Of a DNA stretch of 50,448 bases, positions 10,133 through 20,700 are shown one piece after another (position 1 is the first letter of the stretch; the number at the start of each line of letters is the position of its first letter). Position numbers and translations under genes: made by a program. This DNA is from an uncultured Mycoplasmatota bacterium (GTDB lineage: Bacteria; Bacillota_I; Bacilli_A; RF39; UBA660): positions 1 through 50,448 of the forward strand of contig CAMNSB010000002.1 in assembly GCA_946554325.1 (NCBI GenBank), given 5' to 3'. Below the pieces are notes generated by a model that was not told the DNA's origin, ran no database searches, and saw only the letters and a list, made by a program, of their open reading frames with translations.

Positions 10133-11143
10133 TCATTTATTAATGTTACATAAGTATTTTGCAGTACGTACCATTTGGGCAGTATAACTCATTTCATTAT
10201 CATACCAAGCGACTACTTTTATTAATTGTTTTCCATCTACTTCTAGTACACTTGTGGATAGAGCATCTACAACTCCTCCTTTGTTAGAACCTATGATATC
10301 ACTTGATACAATTGGGTCTTCTGTGTATCCTAATGTTTCGTTTGTATTTTCTTTTAGTGCCTGATTTACTTCTTCTTTGGTTACATTTTGGTTTAACTCT
10401 AGTACCAAATCAATTACAGAACCAGTTGATACTGGAACACGCATTGCTGTTCCATCTAGACGTCCTTCTAGGTCTTTTATAACTTTTCCAATGGCACTTG
10501 CTGCACCAGTGGATGCTGGAATGATATTGGCAGCGGCTGCACGTCCACGGCGAGCACGAATTCCTTTTTTATGTGGGACATCTAGTGTTGCTTGGTCATT
10601 GGTGTAGGCATGAACTGTCGTCATGTATCCTTTTTCAATTCCAAATTTATTATGAATTACATTTAAAACAGGGGCTAGACAGTTTGTTGTACAACTTGCT
10701 GCAGAAATGATCTCTTCTTCTCCTGTTAACTCTTTTTCATTTACATTATATACAATCGTTTTTAAATCTCCCTTTGCTGGAGCAGAAATTACTACTTTTT
10801 TAGCACCTGCTGCAATATGGGCAGACGCTTTTTCTTTATCTGTAAATCTTCCTGTACATTCCATTACCACATCAATATCTAATTCGCTCCAAGGTAAGTT
10901 TTCTGGGCTAGTCTCTGCATAAACTTTTATTTTTCTTCCTCCTACAATGATAGCATCCTCTTCATTTGTAATTTCATCTACTCTATAATTTCGATGGTTC
11001 GTATCATACTTTAATAAGTAGGCAAGTTGTTCTGCATCTGTTAAGTCATTAATTGCTACTACTTCAAAATCATTACTTTCTTCCATTAATCTAAAAACTA
11101 ATCTTCCAATTCTTCCAAATCCATTGATTGCTACTTTTATCAT
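10133..11143 (-). CDS. gap: Glyceraldehyde-3-phosphate dehydrogenase
   Basis: 336 aa. NGFGRIGR NAD-binding motif and active site SCTTNCLAP. Confidence 0.95.
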   Translation of the reverse strand: MIKVAINGFGRIGRLVFRLMEESNDFEVVAINDLTDAEQLAYLLKYDTNHRNYRVDEITNEEDAIIVGGRKIKVYAETSPENLPWSELDIDVVMECTGRFTDKEKASAHIAAGAKKVVISAPAKGDLKTIVYNVNEKELTGEEEIISAASCTTNCLAPVLNVIHNKFGIEKGYMTTVHAYTNDQATLDVPHKKGIRARRGRAAAANIIPASTGAASAIGKVIKDLEGRLDGTAMRVPVSTGSVIDLVLELNQNVTKEEVNQALKENTNETLGYTEDPIVSSDIIGSNKGGVVDALSTSVLEVDGKQLIKVVAWYDNEMSYTAQMVRTAKYLCNINK

Positions 11144-11228
11144 TTTTTCATCTCCTTATTTTCATTATATAGTTTTCCACAGGTAAAGGCAATATATTCT
11201 CTTTTTTTTGACAGCTTTTGAATGTAAA

Positions 11229-11258
11229 GAAAAAATATCCACAATTTTCTGTGGATAT
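11229..11258 (-). terminator. Intrinsic terminator after the uridine-kinase-like gene
   Basis: Perfect 9-bp stem AUAUCCACA-GAAAAU-UGUGGAUAU starting at the stop codon, followed by U6. Confidence 0.7.
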
Positions 11259-12910
11259 TAATCATGGAAACAACTTCCGCCAATAAATTCTCTTAAAATA
11301 GAATCTTGTGGAATACTTTCTGCTGGAATTGGTAGGAAGAGATGCAAGAAGTTAATAAGTCTTTTCGCTTCTTCATAATACTCTGAATTTACATCTACTG
11401 AATATAGAAGTGGTTCCACATAAGTTTTTAATACCCCCAATTCATAAATTAGGGCTGTATTATAGACTACATCAGCATCATCCTGATATGGGAATATATA
11501 CTTTTCTTCTCCGCGTCTTACCGAAGGCCAACTTCTAAGTGTTGCTTCTACATTATAACCTCTTGTTCTATTATCACGAATCATTCTCCTTAATAATCTA
11601 TTATCTGTGGTCGAGATTCTGTTATGATCATCCATGTTCAACTCTGTTAAGGCAGATAAGTAAATTTTATACTTTTTCTCTCGTTTAATATTAGTTAGAA
11701 TATGAGGATCTAGTCCATGGATTCCTTCAATTAAAATTAAATCTTTTTCTCCTACTTGAATTGTTTTATTATATTCTTTTTTTCCAAGCAGAAAATTATA
11801 GGTTGGTACTAATACTTCTTCTGCGGCAATTAGTTTTGCCATGTGTTCATCAAATAGTTTTAAATCAATTGCTTCTAGGCACTCATAATCTGGTTTGCCA
11901 TCTTCCCCAATTGGATTTTCTTCCTTTTCTACAAAATAGTCATCCATAGAAATTACTTTTGGAGTTTTTCCTAGACTTTGTAAATACATACATAATTTTT
12001 TAGTAGTTGTTGTTTTACCAGAGGAAGAAGGACCTGCTAACAGTACAATTTTTACTTCTTCTTTTTTTACGATTTCTCTTGCAATTTCTAACAAGCGATT
12101 ACTTGTAATCATTTCATTCATTCGAATTAAATCACTAATTTTTCCCGTTGACACCATATCATTTAGTTCTGGTGCATTACGTACATTCATTAGTTTTGCC
12201 CATGTTCTGCATTCTTTAAAGATATCAAACATATGAGGATGATGTTCATATTCTTTTATTTTATCATTAATATAAACGGTTGGAAAACGTAATACAAAGC
12301 CATATTCATTTACATAGGTTAAATCAAAATCTTTAATATATTGGGTAGAAATTGGCATAGAGTAATAAAAATAGTTATAAAGATTCCCTAGGCGATATAG
12401 ATTTACAAAAGTATTGGTATTATATTTCATTACCCCTACTTTAGAAGTATCTCCCATTTGTTCAAAATAACGAATTGCATCCATTCTATCTACATGAATT
12501 TCACTGATGTTTAAATCTTTTTCTACTAGAGAGAGCATTTTTTCCTTTATCTCTTTGATACTTTCTTTTGATATTTTGAAGTCTACCTCTACATAAATTC
12601 CTTTATCTATAGAATGTTGAATTTTCATATTTTTAGTAGGACCATATAATTCTTTAATGGCATATTGAAGTATAAATTTTAGTCCATTTACATGCACTCT
12701 ATTTCCTTCTCTGGATGTTAAATCTAAAAACTGAACTTGTGCAGATTCCACAATTTTTGTTGTTAATTCTTTTAATACACCATCTACTTTGGCAAGTAAA
12801 ATTGGGTAACGAAAATTGTCTTGTTCTATTTTTGATAATTCTTCTAGTGTAATTCCTTTTGGTACTTCTCTTTTTTGGCTACCTATTAATATTTCTATAT
12901 TTTCTATCAT
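11258..12910 (-). CDS. Uridine kinase/PRK-family nucleoside kinase with N-terminal TGS-like extension
   Basis: P-loop LAGPSSSGKTTT in the C-terminal half and a long N-terminal extension, as in clostridial nucleoside kinases. Start set to ATG 12910, 6 nt after AAGGGTG; the ORF track starts at GTG 12919. Confidence 0.7.
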   Translation of the reverse strand: MIENIEILIGSQKREVPKGITLEELSKIEQDNFRYPILLAKVDGVLKELTTKIVESAQVQFLDLTSREGNRVHVNGLKFILQYAIKELYGPTKNMKIQHSIDKGIYVEVDFKISKESIKEIKEKMLSLVEKDLNISEIHVDRMDAIRYFEQMGDTSKVGVMKYNTNTFVNLYRLGNLYNYFYYSMPISTQYIKDFDLTYVNEYGFVLRFPTVYINDKIKEYEHHPHMFDIFKECRTWAKLMNVRNAPELNDMVSTGKISDLIRMNEMITSNRLLEIAREIVKKEEVKIVLLAGPSSSGKTTTTKKLCMYLQSLGKTPKVISMDDYFVEKEENPIGEDGKPDYECLEAIDLKLFDEHMAKLIAAEEVLVPTYNFLLGKKEYNKTIQVGEKDLILIEGIHGLDPHILTNIKREKKYKIYLSALTELNMDDHNRISTTDNRLLRRMIRDNRTRGYNVEATLRSWPSVRRGEEKYIFPYQDDADVVYNTALIYELGVLKTYVEPLLYSVDVNSEYYEEAKRLINFLHLFLPIPAESIPQDSILREFIGGSCFHD

Positions 12911-12993
12911 ATGACACACCCTTTTTTCTATTCTGTTATTATTGTATCACATTTTGGCGAAAGAGAATACGCATATTTTAAATTTATTGTGTC

Positions 12994-13016
12994 TATAATA
13001 TGAGTAAGAGAGGGTG
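12994..13016 (+). promoter_or_regulatory. Candidate clpP -10 element and RBS
   Basis: TATAAT at 12994-12999 and GAGGGTGA RBS just before ATG 13022. There is no convincing -35, and I saw no CtsR-type GGTCAAA repeat. Confidence 0.3.
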
Positions 13017-13021
13017 ATGAT

Positions 13022-13597
13022 ATGAGTTTAGTGCCAGTAGTTGTTGAAAAAGATATCAATGGAGAGCGTAGTTATGATATTTTCTCTCGACTTTTAAAAG
13101 AGCGTATTATTATGCTTAGTGGAGAAATTAACGATTCAGTAGCAAATAGTGTGATTGCTCAGCTTTTATATTTAGATTCTATTAATCATGATGATATTAG
13201 TCTCTATATTAACTCACCTGGTGGAGTGATTACCTCTGGTATGGCAATTTATGATACAATGCAATTTATTAAGAGTGATGTTTCTACGATTTGTGTTGGA
13301 ATGGCTGCTTCTATGGCTTCTTTTCTACTTTCTAGTGGGGCAAAGGGAAAACGCTTTTGCCTTCCTAATTCTGAAGTGATGATTCATCAACCACTAGGTG
13401 GTGCACAGGGGCAAGCGACAGAGATTAAGATTGCTGCAGAACATATATTAAAACTTAAGGATAAACTAAATCGATTGCTTTCTAAGAATACTGGAAAAGC
13501 TTTAGAGACGATTGAGAAGGATACAGAGCGAGATAATTTTATGGATGCAGAAGAAGCTCTTCACTATGGTCTTGTTGATAAAATTGTAGAAAAATAG
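13022..13597 (+). CDS. clpP: ATP-dependent Clp protease proteolytic subunit
   Basis: 191 aa. [16 protein letters not shown]-terminus, catalytic Ser context GMAASMAS, and MIHQPLGG. Confidence 0.95.
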   Translation: MSLVPVVVEKDINGERSYDIFSRLLKERIIMLSGEINDSVANSVIAQLLYLDSINHDDISLYINSPGGVITSGMAIYDTMQFIKSDVSTICVGMAASMASFLLSSGAKGKRFCLPNSEVMIHQPLGGAQGQATEIKIAAEHILKLKDKLNRLLSKNTGKALETIEKDTERDNFMDAEEALHYGLVDKIVEK

Positions 13598-13686
13598 AAT
13601 AATTAAGTCGCTTATATTTTCTAGAAAAACATACACTATCAGTAACTATTTTTACATAAAATTTGCTTTTTATAAGCTCTTATTTC

Positions 13687-14607
13687 TTAAAATTTTTCTA
13701 CTAATTCTTTGATTTTACGAAAACGATGATTTAAGCCTGATTTTGTTATCTTTTTTCCTGTTTCTAACGAAATAATTTCGCTTAATTCTTTCAAGGAAGC
13801 TTCTGGATATTTTAGTCGATATTCTAGAGCTTCTTTTGTTTTGTCATCTAGCAATTCTATTGCCATATGCTCTTTCAATATTTCAATTTGTTTTAATTGG
13901 CTACTTGCTGCATCTACTACTTTATTGATATTTGCTTGTTCACAATTATTGAGACGATTGGTTTGATTTTTTTTATCACGGTAAATTCTGATATTTTCAA
14001 AATACATTACGGCATTAGATGCTCCTAATAATTTTAAATAGTCACTTATTTTTTCTGCTTCTTTCATATAAATCATATAACCTTTATCTCGGGTTAGAAT
14101 TTTTGCATTCAAATCAAAAATATTTAAAAGCTTTTGAACGAAGACTGCTTCTTCTGGTTTTGATATTAAAAGTTCCATATGATATCTTGAAGTTTTTGGA
14201 TCATTTATACTTCCTTGACATAAAAATACGCCTCGTAAATATGACCTAAGTTCTTCATTTGCTCCTATAATATATTGTGGTGGTGTACTCAGATAAGTTT
14301 TATTTTTATCATAATATCCAATATCTTCTAGAATTAGGGTTAAGTTTTCTGTTACTTTTATGACATAGAGTTTATTTTTAGAAAAGTTTAGGTTTTCTTT
14401 GATATCCACTTCTACTTTTGTCTCATATAGATTATTTAATATCTCTATCAGTTTTTCTTTTATCTCTTTATTTTCTGTTGTTAATCTTAGGGTATCTTCT
14501 TCTAGTTCTCCATTATTTCTAATAAATCCCGAAAGCTGTGCAATTAGTTCTGTTTTGGAACCTTCCACCTGTAAAATTTCATTTTTTATTTTTGTAGTAT
14601 AAGACAT
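13687..14607 (-). CDS. whiA: Sporulation/cell-division regulator WhiA
   Basis: 306 aa. Degenerate LAGLIDADG-like core (RGVFLCQGSINDP) and a C-terminal HTH (LSEIISLETGKKITKSGLNHRFRKI). Located downstream of yvcK as in Firmicutes. Confidence 0.88.
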   Translation of the reverse strand: MSYTTKIKNEILQVEGSKTELIAQLSGFIRNNGELEEDTLRLTTENKEIKEKLIEILNNLYETKVEVDIKENLNFSKNKLYVIKVTENLTLILEDIGYYDKNKTYLSTPPQYIIGANEELRSYLRGVFLCQGSINDPKTSRYHMELLISKPEEAVFVQKLLNIFDLNAKILTRDKGYMIYMKEAEKISDYLKLLGASNAVMYFENIRIYRDKKNQTNRLNNCEQANINKVVDAASSQLKQIEILKEHMAIELLDDKTKEALEYRLKYPEASLKELSEIISLETGKKITKSGLNHRFRKIKELVEKF

Positions 14608-14608
14608 T

Positions 14609-15562
14609 TTAATCCCTCATTAAATATGAAAATATTTCATTTGATAATTTTAAGCTATTGTGACGAATTACATTATCTATAATGCTTAAAGTATCCACTT
14701 CTATTAATTCTGTTTCTAGTTTTTCTAGCTCTTCTTTATCAATTAATACTTTTTCTTTGGTCTCTTCTGTTTGATATTTTTCTATTATTTTCTGATCTAG
14801 TTTTGTATTTCCAGCGATAACTACATCTATTTTTCTCTTTTCTAGGTAGCTATTGATTAGTTTCACATGGTCGGCTACGGTAAAATTATCTGTTTCTCCT
14901 GGTTGAGTCATCGCATTGCATAAGTACATAATAGGCGTGCTTGTTTCATTTAAAGCTTCTTGAACCTCTTTACAAATAATATTTGGTAAAAGACTTGTAT
15001 ATAAGCTTCCCATACTGAAAATAATTAAGTCACTTGTTTTTATTGCCTCAATTACTTCTGGTGTTACATGAGGTTCTTCTTTATAGAAAATCTTTTTTAT
15101 TTTCTGAGGAGATTTGCTAATTTCTTTTTGACCTTCAATTAGTTCATCTTTTTCTGTTGTACACATTAGTGTTAGGCTAGAATCTTCTGAGATTGGTAAA
15201 ACTTTGTGGTTTACATCTAGTAGATTAGAAAGGGCTTTGATAGAATCATCTAGACTTCCTGTAATATCTAGGAGTGCTGTTAAGATTAAATTTCCAATAG
15301 CATGCCCGTCTAAGTCACTTGATGTTTGAAATCTATATTCCATTAATTGTTTTATCGTAGAGTCTTTACTTGATAAGCTGGTTATTACTTTTCTAATATC
15401 TCCTACTGCTGGGGTGTTAAATTCTTTTCGTAGTTTTCCTGTCGATTTACCATTATCAGAAACTGTAATTACAGAGGTAATATCTACTGGAAAGTTCTTT
15501 AATCCTTTCAGTAGATACGAAAGACCTGTTCCACCACCTAATACAGTTACTTTCTTATTCAT
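14609..15562 (-). CDS. yvcK: Gluconeogenesis factor YvcK (CofD-like, UPF0052)
   Basis: VTVLGGGTGLS N-terminal motif and CofD-like layout. Start set to ATG 15562 behind GGAGG; the ORF-track start 15592 adds 10 unlikely residues. Confidence 0.85.
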   Translation of the reverse strand: MNKKVTVLGGGTGLSYLLKGLKNFPVDITSVITVSDNGKSTGKLRKEFNTPAVGDIRKVITSLSSKDSTIKQLMEYRFQTSSDLDGHAIGNLILTALLDITGSLDDSIKALSNLLDVNHKVLPISEDSSLTLMCTTEKDELIEGQKEISKSPQKIKKIFYKEEPHVTPEVIEAIKTSDLIIFSMGSLYTSLLPNIICKEVQEALNETSTPIMYLCNAMTQPGETDNFTVADHVKLINSYLEKRKIDVVIAGNTKLDQKIIEKYQTEETKEKVLIDKEELEKLETELIEVDTLSIIDNVIRHNSLKLSNEIFSYLMRD

Positions 15563-15604
15563 CTTTTCACATCCTCCATTCAATATATGCAACTATCCTT
15601 ATTA

Positions 15605-16522
15605 TTAATCATTCATTGCTTTTGATAAATGGATTGCTGCAGTCGCTCCATCTGAGGTTGCTGTTACAATTTGGCAAATTTCTTTTTCTCTTACGTCTCC
15701 TATGGCGTAAATTCCTTTTACTCTCGTTTCCATATTCGCATTTGTCTCAATAAATCCTTCTTCATTTGTAATGCCTAAATAGGAAAAACAATCTGTTTGT
15801 GGGATATAACCAATAAAGATAAAGCAGCCTGTTGCTTTTATATTTTCTACTTTATTTTCTCTAGCAATTCTAACGTGGGAAAGCTGTCCTTTGCTTTCTA
15901 TTAAATCGGTTACATTTGCATTTGTTATAATTTCAATATTATCAATATATTTTAATTCGTCTTGTAAGTATGACTTTGCCCTAAATTCTTCTCGTCTATG
16001 AATGAGGGTTACTTTTTTGCATATGGAAGATAAATAAATTGCTTCTTCTAAGGCTGTGTCCCCTCCACCAATTACTACTACTTCTTCTCCTTTAAAGAAT
16101 GCTCCATCACAAGTAGCACAATAACTGATGCCATGCCCTATTAGTTTTTCTTCATTTGGTAGTCCTAATTTTTTAGGATTTCTTCCTGTGGCAATGATTA
16201 TATTTTTCGTAATAAGTTCTTTTTCATCATCCAGAACAATTATCTTTCGATCTTGGTCTAATTTTACATTTTGTACTTTTTGATAGAGTATTTCTACTCC
16301 TAACTCTTTTACCTGGGATAAAATTTTGGTAGCAAGTTCTGCTCCTGTGATACTTTTAAATCCTGGATAGTTTGTGATAGTCATGGTTTTTGCCACTTGC
16401 CCTCCAGGAGTTTCTCCTTCTATTAATAGGCAGGAAAGACCTGCATGTTTTAAGTAAATGGCTGAGGTCATCCCAGCAGTTCCTGCTCCTATTATTATAA
16501 CGTCATAATTATTTTCTTTCAT
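15605..16522 (-). CDS. trxB: Thioredoxin-disulfide reductase
   Basis: 305 aa. GAGTAG FAD motif, redox-active CATCDG, GGGDTALEEA NADPH motif. Confidence 0.92.
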   Translation of the reverse strand: MKENNYDVIIIGAGTAGMTSAIYLKHAGLSCLLIEGETPGGQVAKTMTITNYPGFKSITGAELATKILSQVKELGVEILYQKVQNVKLDQDRKIIVLDDEKELITKNIIIATGRNPKKLGLPNEEKLIGHGISYCATCDGAFFKGEEVVVIGGGDTALEEAIYLSSICKKVTLIHRREEFRAKSYLQDELKYIDNIEIITNANVTDLIESKGQLSHVRIARENKVENIKATGCFIFIGYIPQTDCFSYLGITNEEGFIETNANMETRVKGIYAIGDVREKEICQIVTATSDGATAAIHLSKAMND

Positions 16523-17321
16523 TTATCTCATCCTTTGCATATAAATTTTCAAATCTTGAACTTCTTTTTGGGTGTATTATAAAGAAGTATATGCCTATCA
16601 TTAGGCAGATGATGGAGGCGATTTGTGCCACTCTAATCGATCCAAGCATTAAGGAATCCATTCGCATTCCTTCAATAATAAAGCGAGCGGCTGAATACCA
16701 TATTAGATAAAATCCCATTAATTGTCCATTTTTTAGCCTTGGGTATTTTCTAATTAAAAGTAAGGCGATAAATCCAAATACATTCCAAATGGATTCATAG
16801 AAAAATGTTGGTTGATGATACTCTCCCATAATATACATTCCACTTATAATGAAATCAGGAATTCCTGTACTTTTTAATTTTGCTGCTGTTGTAATAGCAC
16901 CATAGGCTTCTTGATTAAAAAAGTTGCCCCATCTTCCGATTGCTTGTCCTAAAATAAGACCTACTACAATCATATCAAATATTTTTAACGTGTTTTGTTT
17001 GTATTTTTTGCAATAAATAAGGGATGTAATACCTCCGAAGAGAATTCCTCCATGTATAGCAAGACCTCCATTCCATACTTCTAAGATTTCTAAGGGGTTT
17101 TTACTGTAGTAATCAAGATGGAAGGTTACATAATAGAGTCTTGCTCCAATGATTCCAAAGATTACTGCATAAAAAAGAAGATTGATAAAAAAGTCTTGAT
17201 CTATATGTTTTTTCTTTGTCTCTCGATAGATTACTGTAGATGCTCCTAATATGGCTAATAGTATAAATATTGAATACCAATATATTTGAAAGAAACCTAA
17301 GTCAAGTGCTATTTTACTCAT
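16509..17321 (-). CDS. lgt: Prolipoprotein diacylglyceryl transferase
   Basis: 270 aa polytopic protein with Lgt motifs (GGLAIHGG, GRWGNFFNQEAYG). Confidence 0.9.
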   Translation of the reverse strand: MSKIALDLGFFQIYWYSIFILLAILGASTVIYRETKKKHIDQDFFINLLFYAVIFGIIGARLYYVTFHLDYYSKNPLEILEVWNGGLAIHGGILFGGITSLIYCKKYKQNTLKIFDMIVVGLILGQAIGRWGNFFNQEAYGAITTAAKLKSTGIPDFIISGMYIMGEYHQPTFFYESIWNVFGFIALLLIRKYPRLKNGQLMGFYLIWYSAARFIIEGMRMDSLMLGSIRVAQIASIICLMIGIYFFIIHPKRSSRFENLYAKDEINERK

Positions 17322-17742
17322 GTTTTTTTACCCTCCTAACAATTGGTTTTATAATGAATCCTTCCATCAAGAAGTTCATAATTGATATTAATATGGCAAT
17401 CCATATGGCTATCCAGAAGTTATTTAAATCAAAGTGACTTCCTAGTATCCAGTCTGTTAATTTTAAGATGAAGAGATTGATAAAGGGATAGAAAAGTCCT
17501 AAAGTGAGTCCTGTTATTGGAATCGTTAGGGTAACTAAAATTGGTTTTATAGTGATATTTAGCAAATAGACGATAAAAACTACTAAGAATGAATAAATAT
17601 AAGAGTGATTTAGATCAATATAGAGACTGTCAAATAGACTTGATACTATGATAAAGACAATAGTATAACCTAACATATAGACAATCCATTCTAGTATACG
17701 ATTGATTCTCGTAAAACCTTTTGTCTCTTTGATTATTTGCAT
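17314..17742 (-). CDS. DUF360 / holin-family-4-like membrane protein (YvlD-like)
   Basis: 142 aa with 4 TM segments. Sits between uvrA and lgt, as the yvl genes do in Bacillus. Confidence 0.5.
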   Translation of the reverse strand: MQIIKETKGFTRINRILEWIVYMLGYTIVFIIVSSLFDSLYIDLNHSYIYSFLVVFIVYLLNITIKPILVTLTIPITGLTLGLFYPFINLFILKLTDWILGSHFDLNNFWIAIWIAILISIMNFLMEGFIIKPIVRRVKKHE

Positions 17743-17751
17743 TTTTTCACC

Positions 17752-20565
17752 TCACAGAATTTTTGTTAAGAATTTACCTGTGTACGACTCTTTTACTTTT
17801 GCTACTTCTTCTGGAGTTCCAGTTGCCACAATTTGTCCTCCCAGGTCTCCACCTTCTGGTCCAAGGTCAATGATGTGATCTGCTACTTTTATGACATCTA
17901 GATTGTGTTCAATGACGACTACTGTATCTTTATTATCTACTATTTTTTGTAAAATTGCAAGTAGACGCTTGATATCGTGGGTATGAAGTCCTGTGGTTGG
18001 TTCGTCTAGAACAAACAGGGTTTTTCCTGTTGCTTTTCTTTGTAATTCTTTAGCAAGCTTTACCCTTTCTGCTTCCCCTCCTGATAAGGTTGGAGCACTT
18101 TGTCCTAGTTTGATGTAACCTAAGCCAACATCTTCTAATACTTGCAATTTGTTCTTAATCTTGGGAACATTTTCAAAAAATTCTAGTGCTTCGCTTACTC
18201 TCATATCTAGGACATCTGCAATATTCTTATCTTTATATTTTATGTTTAGAGTTTCTCTATTATATCTTGTACCATTACAAACTTCACATGGAACATATAC
18301 ATCTGGTAAGAAGTGCATCTCAATTTTTTTCACACCATCTCCACGACATGCTTCACATCTTCCACCTTTTACATTAAAAGAGAATCTATTTTTTTCATAG
18401 CCATACATTTTTGCTTCTTTGGTTGTTGTAAATAGGGTTCTAATATCATCAAATACTCCTGTATAGGTTGCTGGATTACTTCTTGGTGTTCTTCCAATAG
18501 GGCTTTGAGATATTTCCACTATTTTATCTAAGTTATTGATACCTAAGATTTTCTTGTGCTTTCCAGGACGATCTTTAGAACGATATAGTTCTTTTGAAAT
18601 ACTCTTGCATAATATTTCGTTGATTAGACTACTTTTTCCACTTCCGCTTACTCCCGTTATACAAGTAAATGTTCCTAATGGTATTGTTACATCAATATTT
18701 TTTAAATTATTTTCTTCTGCACCTTTTATAGTCAATTTTTTGCCAGTGCTTTTTCTTCTGTTTTTTGGAACTTCAATACATAATTTTCCACTTAAATACT
18801 TTCCTGTTAAACTTTTTTCGTTATTCATTACTTCTTGTGGAGTTCCTATTGCCATAATTTTTCCACCACGGTCTCCTGCTTCTGGACCAATATCTACTAG
18901 ATAGTCACTGGCAAGCATAGTATCAGTATCATGTTCTACCACAACCAAGGTATTTCCTAAGTCCCTCATTTCTAAAAGGGAATTAATTAGACGTTCATTG
19001 TCCCTTTGATGGAGTCCAATACTAGGTTCATCTAATACATATAAAACTCCTGTTAGACGAGAACCAATCTGGGTTGCTAGACGAATTCTCTGAGCCTCTC
19101 CGCCAGATAAAGTTCCAGCACTTCTATTTAGTGTTAAATACTCTAAGCCTACATTTTTTAAAAATTCAAGGCGGGAATTAATTTCTTTTAATACTAAATT
19201 TGCAATTTGCTTTTGTTCTTCTGATAATTTTAAATTTTGAAAGAAAGGGATTAATTCTTTAATACTTAAACAAGTAACTTCATAAATACTTTTCTTTCCT
19301 ACTTTTACTGCTAGAACATCATCATTTAGCCTTGCTCCATGACAGGTTTCACAAGTATATTCTATCATGTAATGTTCTAACCAATCTCTAATCCAAGTAC
19401 TTGTAGTTTCTCTATATCTTCTTTCCAGATTTGTAATAATTCCTTCATAGAAGTCATCACTATTTGTAATGTTTCCACTTTTGGTCGCATAATGAAAATG
19501 AATGATTTCATCACTTCCATACATAATAATTTGTTGTTCTTTGGTGGTTAGTTTTTTAAATGGTTTATCCATATTAATTTTATAATGCTTACAAACACAT
19601 TCCAGTTTTTTATAATAAATACCATCTTGATCATCACTCAAAGTTTTAATACATCCTTCATTGATGCTTAGACTTTTATCTGGGATTACAAGGTCAGGGT
19701 CAATTTGTTGTTTAATTCCTAATCCTTTACAATCTGGGCAAGCTCCAAAAGGGGCATTGAAACTAAAGATATTTGGTTCTAACTCTGGTAGTGAAAACTC
19801 ACAGTATGGGCAAGCAAAGGACTCTGAGAATAACAATTCTTTAGCATTATCCCCTAATATTTGAATGATTACTTTTCCTTTGGATAGCTTAACCGCTTGC
19901 TCTAGCGACTCTGATAGTCTGCCACGAATGTCTTCTTTTAGGATAATTCTATCTACAACGACATCAATATTTTCACGCTTATTTTTATCTAGTATAATTT
20001 CTTCACTTAAATCAAACATTTTTCCATTGATACGAACTCTTATGTAGCCTTCTTTTCTAAGACTATCTAATAATTCTTTATGTGTTCCTTTTTCACGGTA
20101 TGTAACAGGGGCCATTATAATAATTTTGGTTCCTTCTTTATACTCCAAAATTTTATTTGCCATTTCCTCTACACTTTGTGATGTGATAGGGATATTATGA
20201 TTTTTACAATAAGCGACTCCAATACGGGCAAATAAAAGACGCAAATAATCATAAATTTCTGTTACTGTTCCTACAGTTGAACGTGGGTTTTTACTTGTCG
20301 TCTTTTGGTCAATACTAATAGCAGGGGAAAGTCCTTCAATGCTATCTACATCTGGCTTTTCTGTTCCACCTAGAAATTGACGGGCATAGGCAGATAGGCT
20401 TTCTACATATCTTCTTTGTCCTTCTGCATAAATAGTATCAAATGCAAGGGAACTTTTTCCACTACCACTAACTCCAGTCATTACGATTAATTTATTTTTT
20501 GGAAGTTCAAGGGAAACATTTTTTAAATTGTTCTCACGAGCTCCTTTGATTATAATTTTATCCAT
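17752..20565 (-). CDS. uvrA: Excinuclease ABC subunit A
   Basis: 937 aa. Two ABC modules (GVSGSGKSSL twice, LSGGEAQR/LSGGEAER) and zinc-finger CxxC pairs. Confidence 0.97.
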   Translation of the reverse strand: MDKIIIKGARENNLKNVSLELPKNKLIVMTGVSGSGKSSLAFDTIYAEGQRRYVESLSAYARQFLGGTEKPDVDSIEGLSPAISIDQKTTSKNPRSTVGTVTEIYDYLRLLFARIGVAYCKNHNIPITSQSVEEMANKILEYKEGTKIIIMAPVTYREKGTHKELLDSLRKEGYIRVRINGKMFDLSEEIILDKNKRENIDVVVDRIILKEDIRGRLSESLEQAVKLSKGKVIIQILGDNAKELLFSESFACPYCEFSLPELEPNIFSFNAPFGACPDCKGLGIKQQIDPDLVIPDKSLSINEGCIKTLSDDQDGIYYKKLECVCKHYKINMDKPFKKLTTKEQQIIMYGSDEIIHFHYATKSGNITNSDDFYEGIITNLERRYRETTSTWIRDWLEHYMIEYTCETCHGARLNDDVLAVKVGKKSIYEVTCLSIKELIPFFQNLKLSEEQKQIANLVLKEINSRLEFLKNVGLEYLTLNRSAGTLSGGEAQRIRLATQIGSRLTGVLYVLDEPSIGLHQRDNERLINSLLEMRDLGNTLVVVEHDTDTMLASDYLVDIGPEAGDRGGKIMAIGTPQEVMNNEKSLTGKYLSGKLCIEVPKNRRKSTGKKLTIKGAEENNLKNIDVTIPLGTFTCITGVSGSGKSSLINEILCKSISKELYRSKDRPGKHKKILGINNLDKIVEISQSPIGRTPRSNPATYTGVFDDIRTLFTTTKEAKMYGYEKNRFSFNVKGGRCEACRGDGVKKIEMHFLPDVYVPCEVCNGTRYNRETLNIKYKDKNIADVLDMRVSEALEFFENVPKIKNKLQVLEDVGLGYIKLGQSAPTLSGGEAERVKLAKELQRKATGKTLFVLDEPTTGLHTHDIKRLLAILQKIVDNKDTVVVIEHNLDVIKVADHIIDLGPEGGDLGGQIVATGTPEEVAKVKESYTGKFLTKIL

Positions 20566-20626
20566 ATTATCTACTTCTCCTTTTGTTATTAGAAAGTAAT
20601 ATATCTATTTCCTTTAGCTGTGTCAT

Positions 20627-20635
20627 ATTATAACA
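20627..20635 (-). promoter_or_regulatory. Candidate uvrA proximal promoter (extended -10)
   Basis: Minus-strand TGTTATAAT, about 60 nt upstream of the uvrA ATG. Confidence 0.4.
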
Positions 20636-20700
20636 CTTTTTTTAAAATTTGTCTTAGGAAATTAACGGAAAACTACGAAGTAATTTTTTCCCTTACTTGA

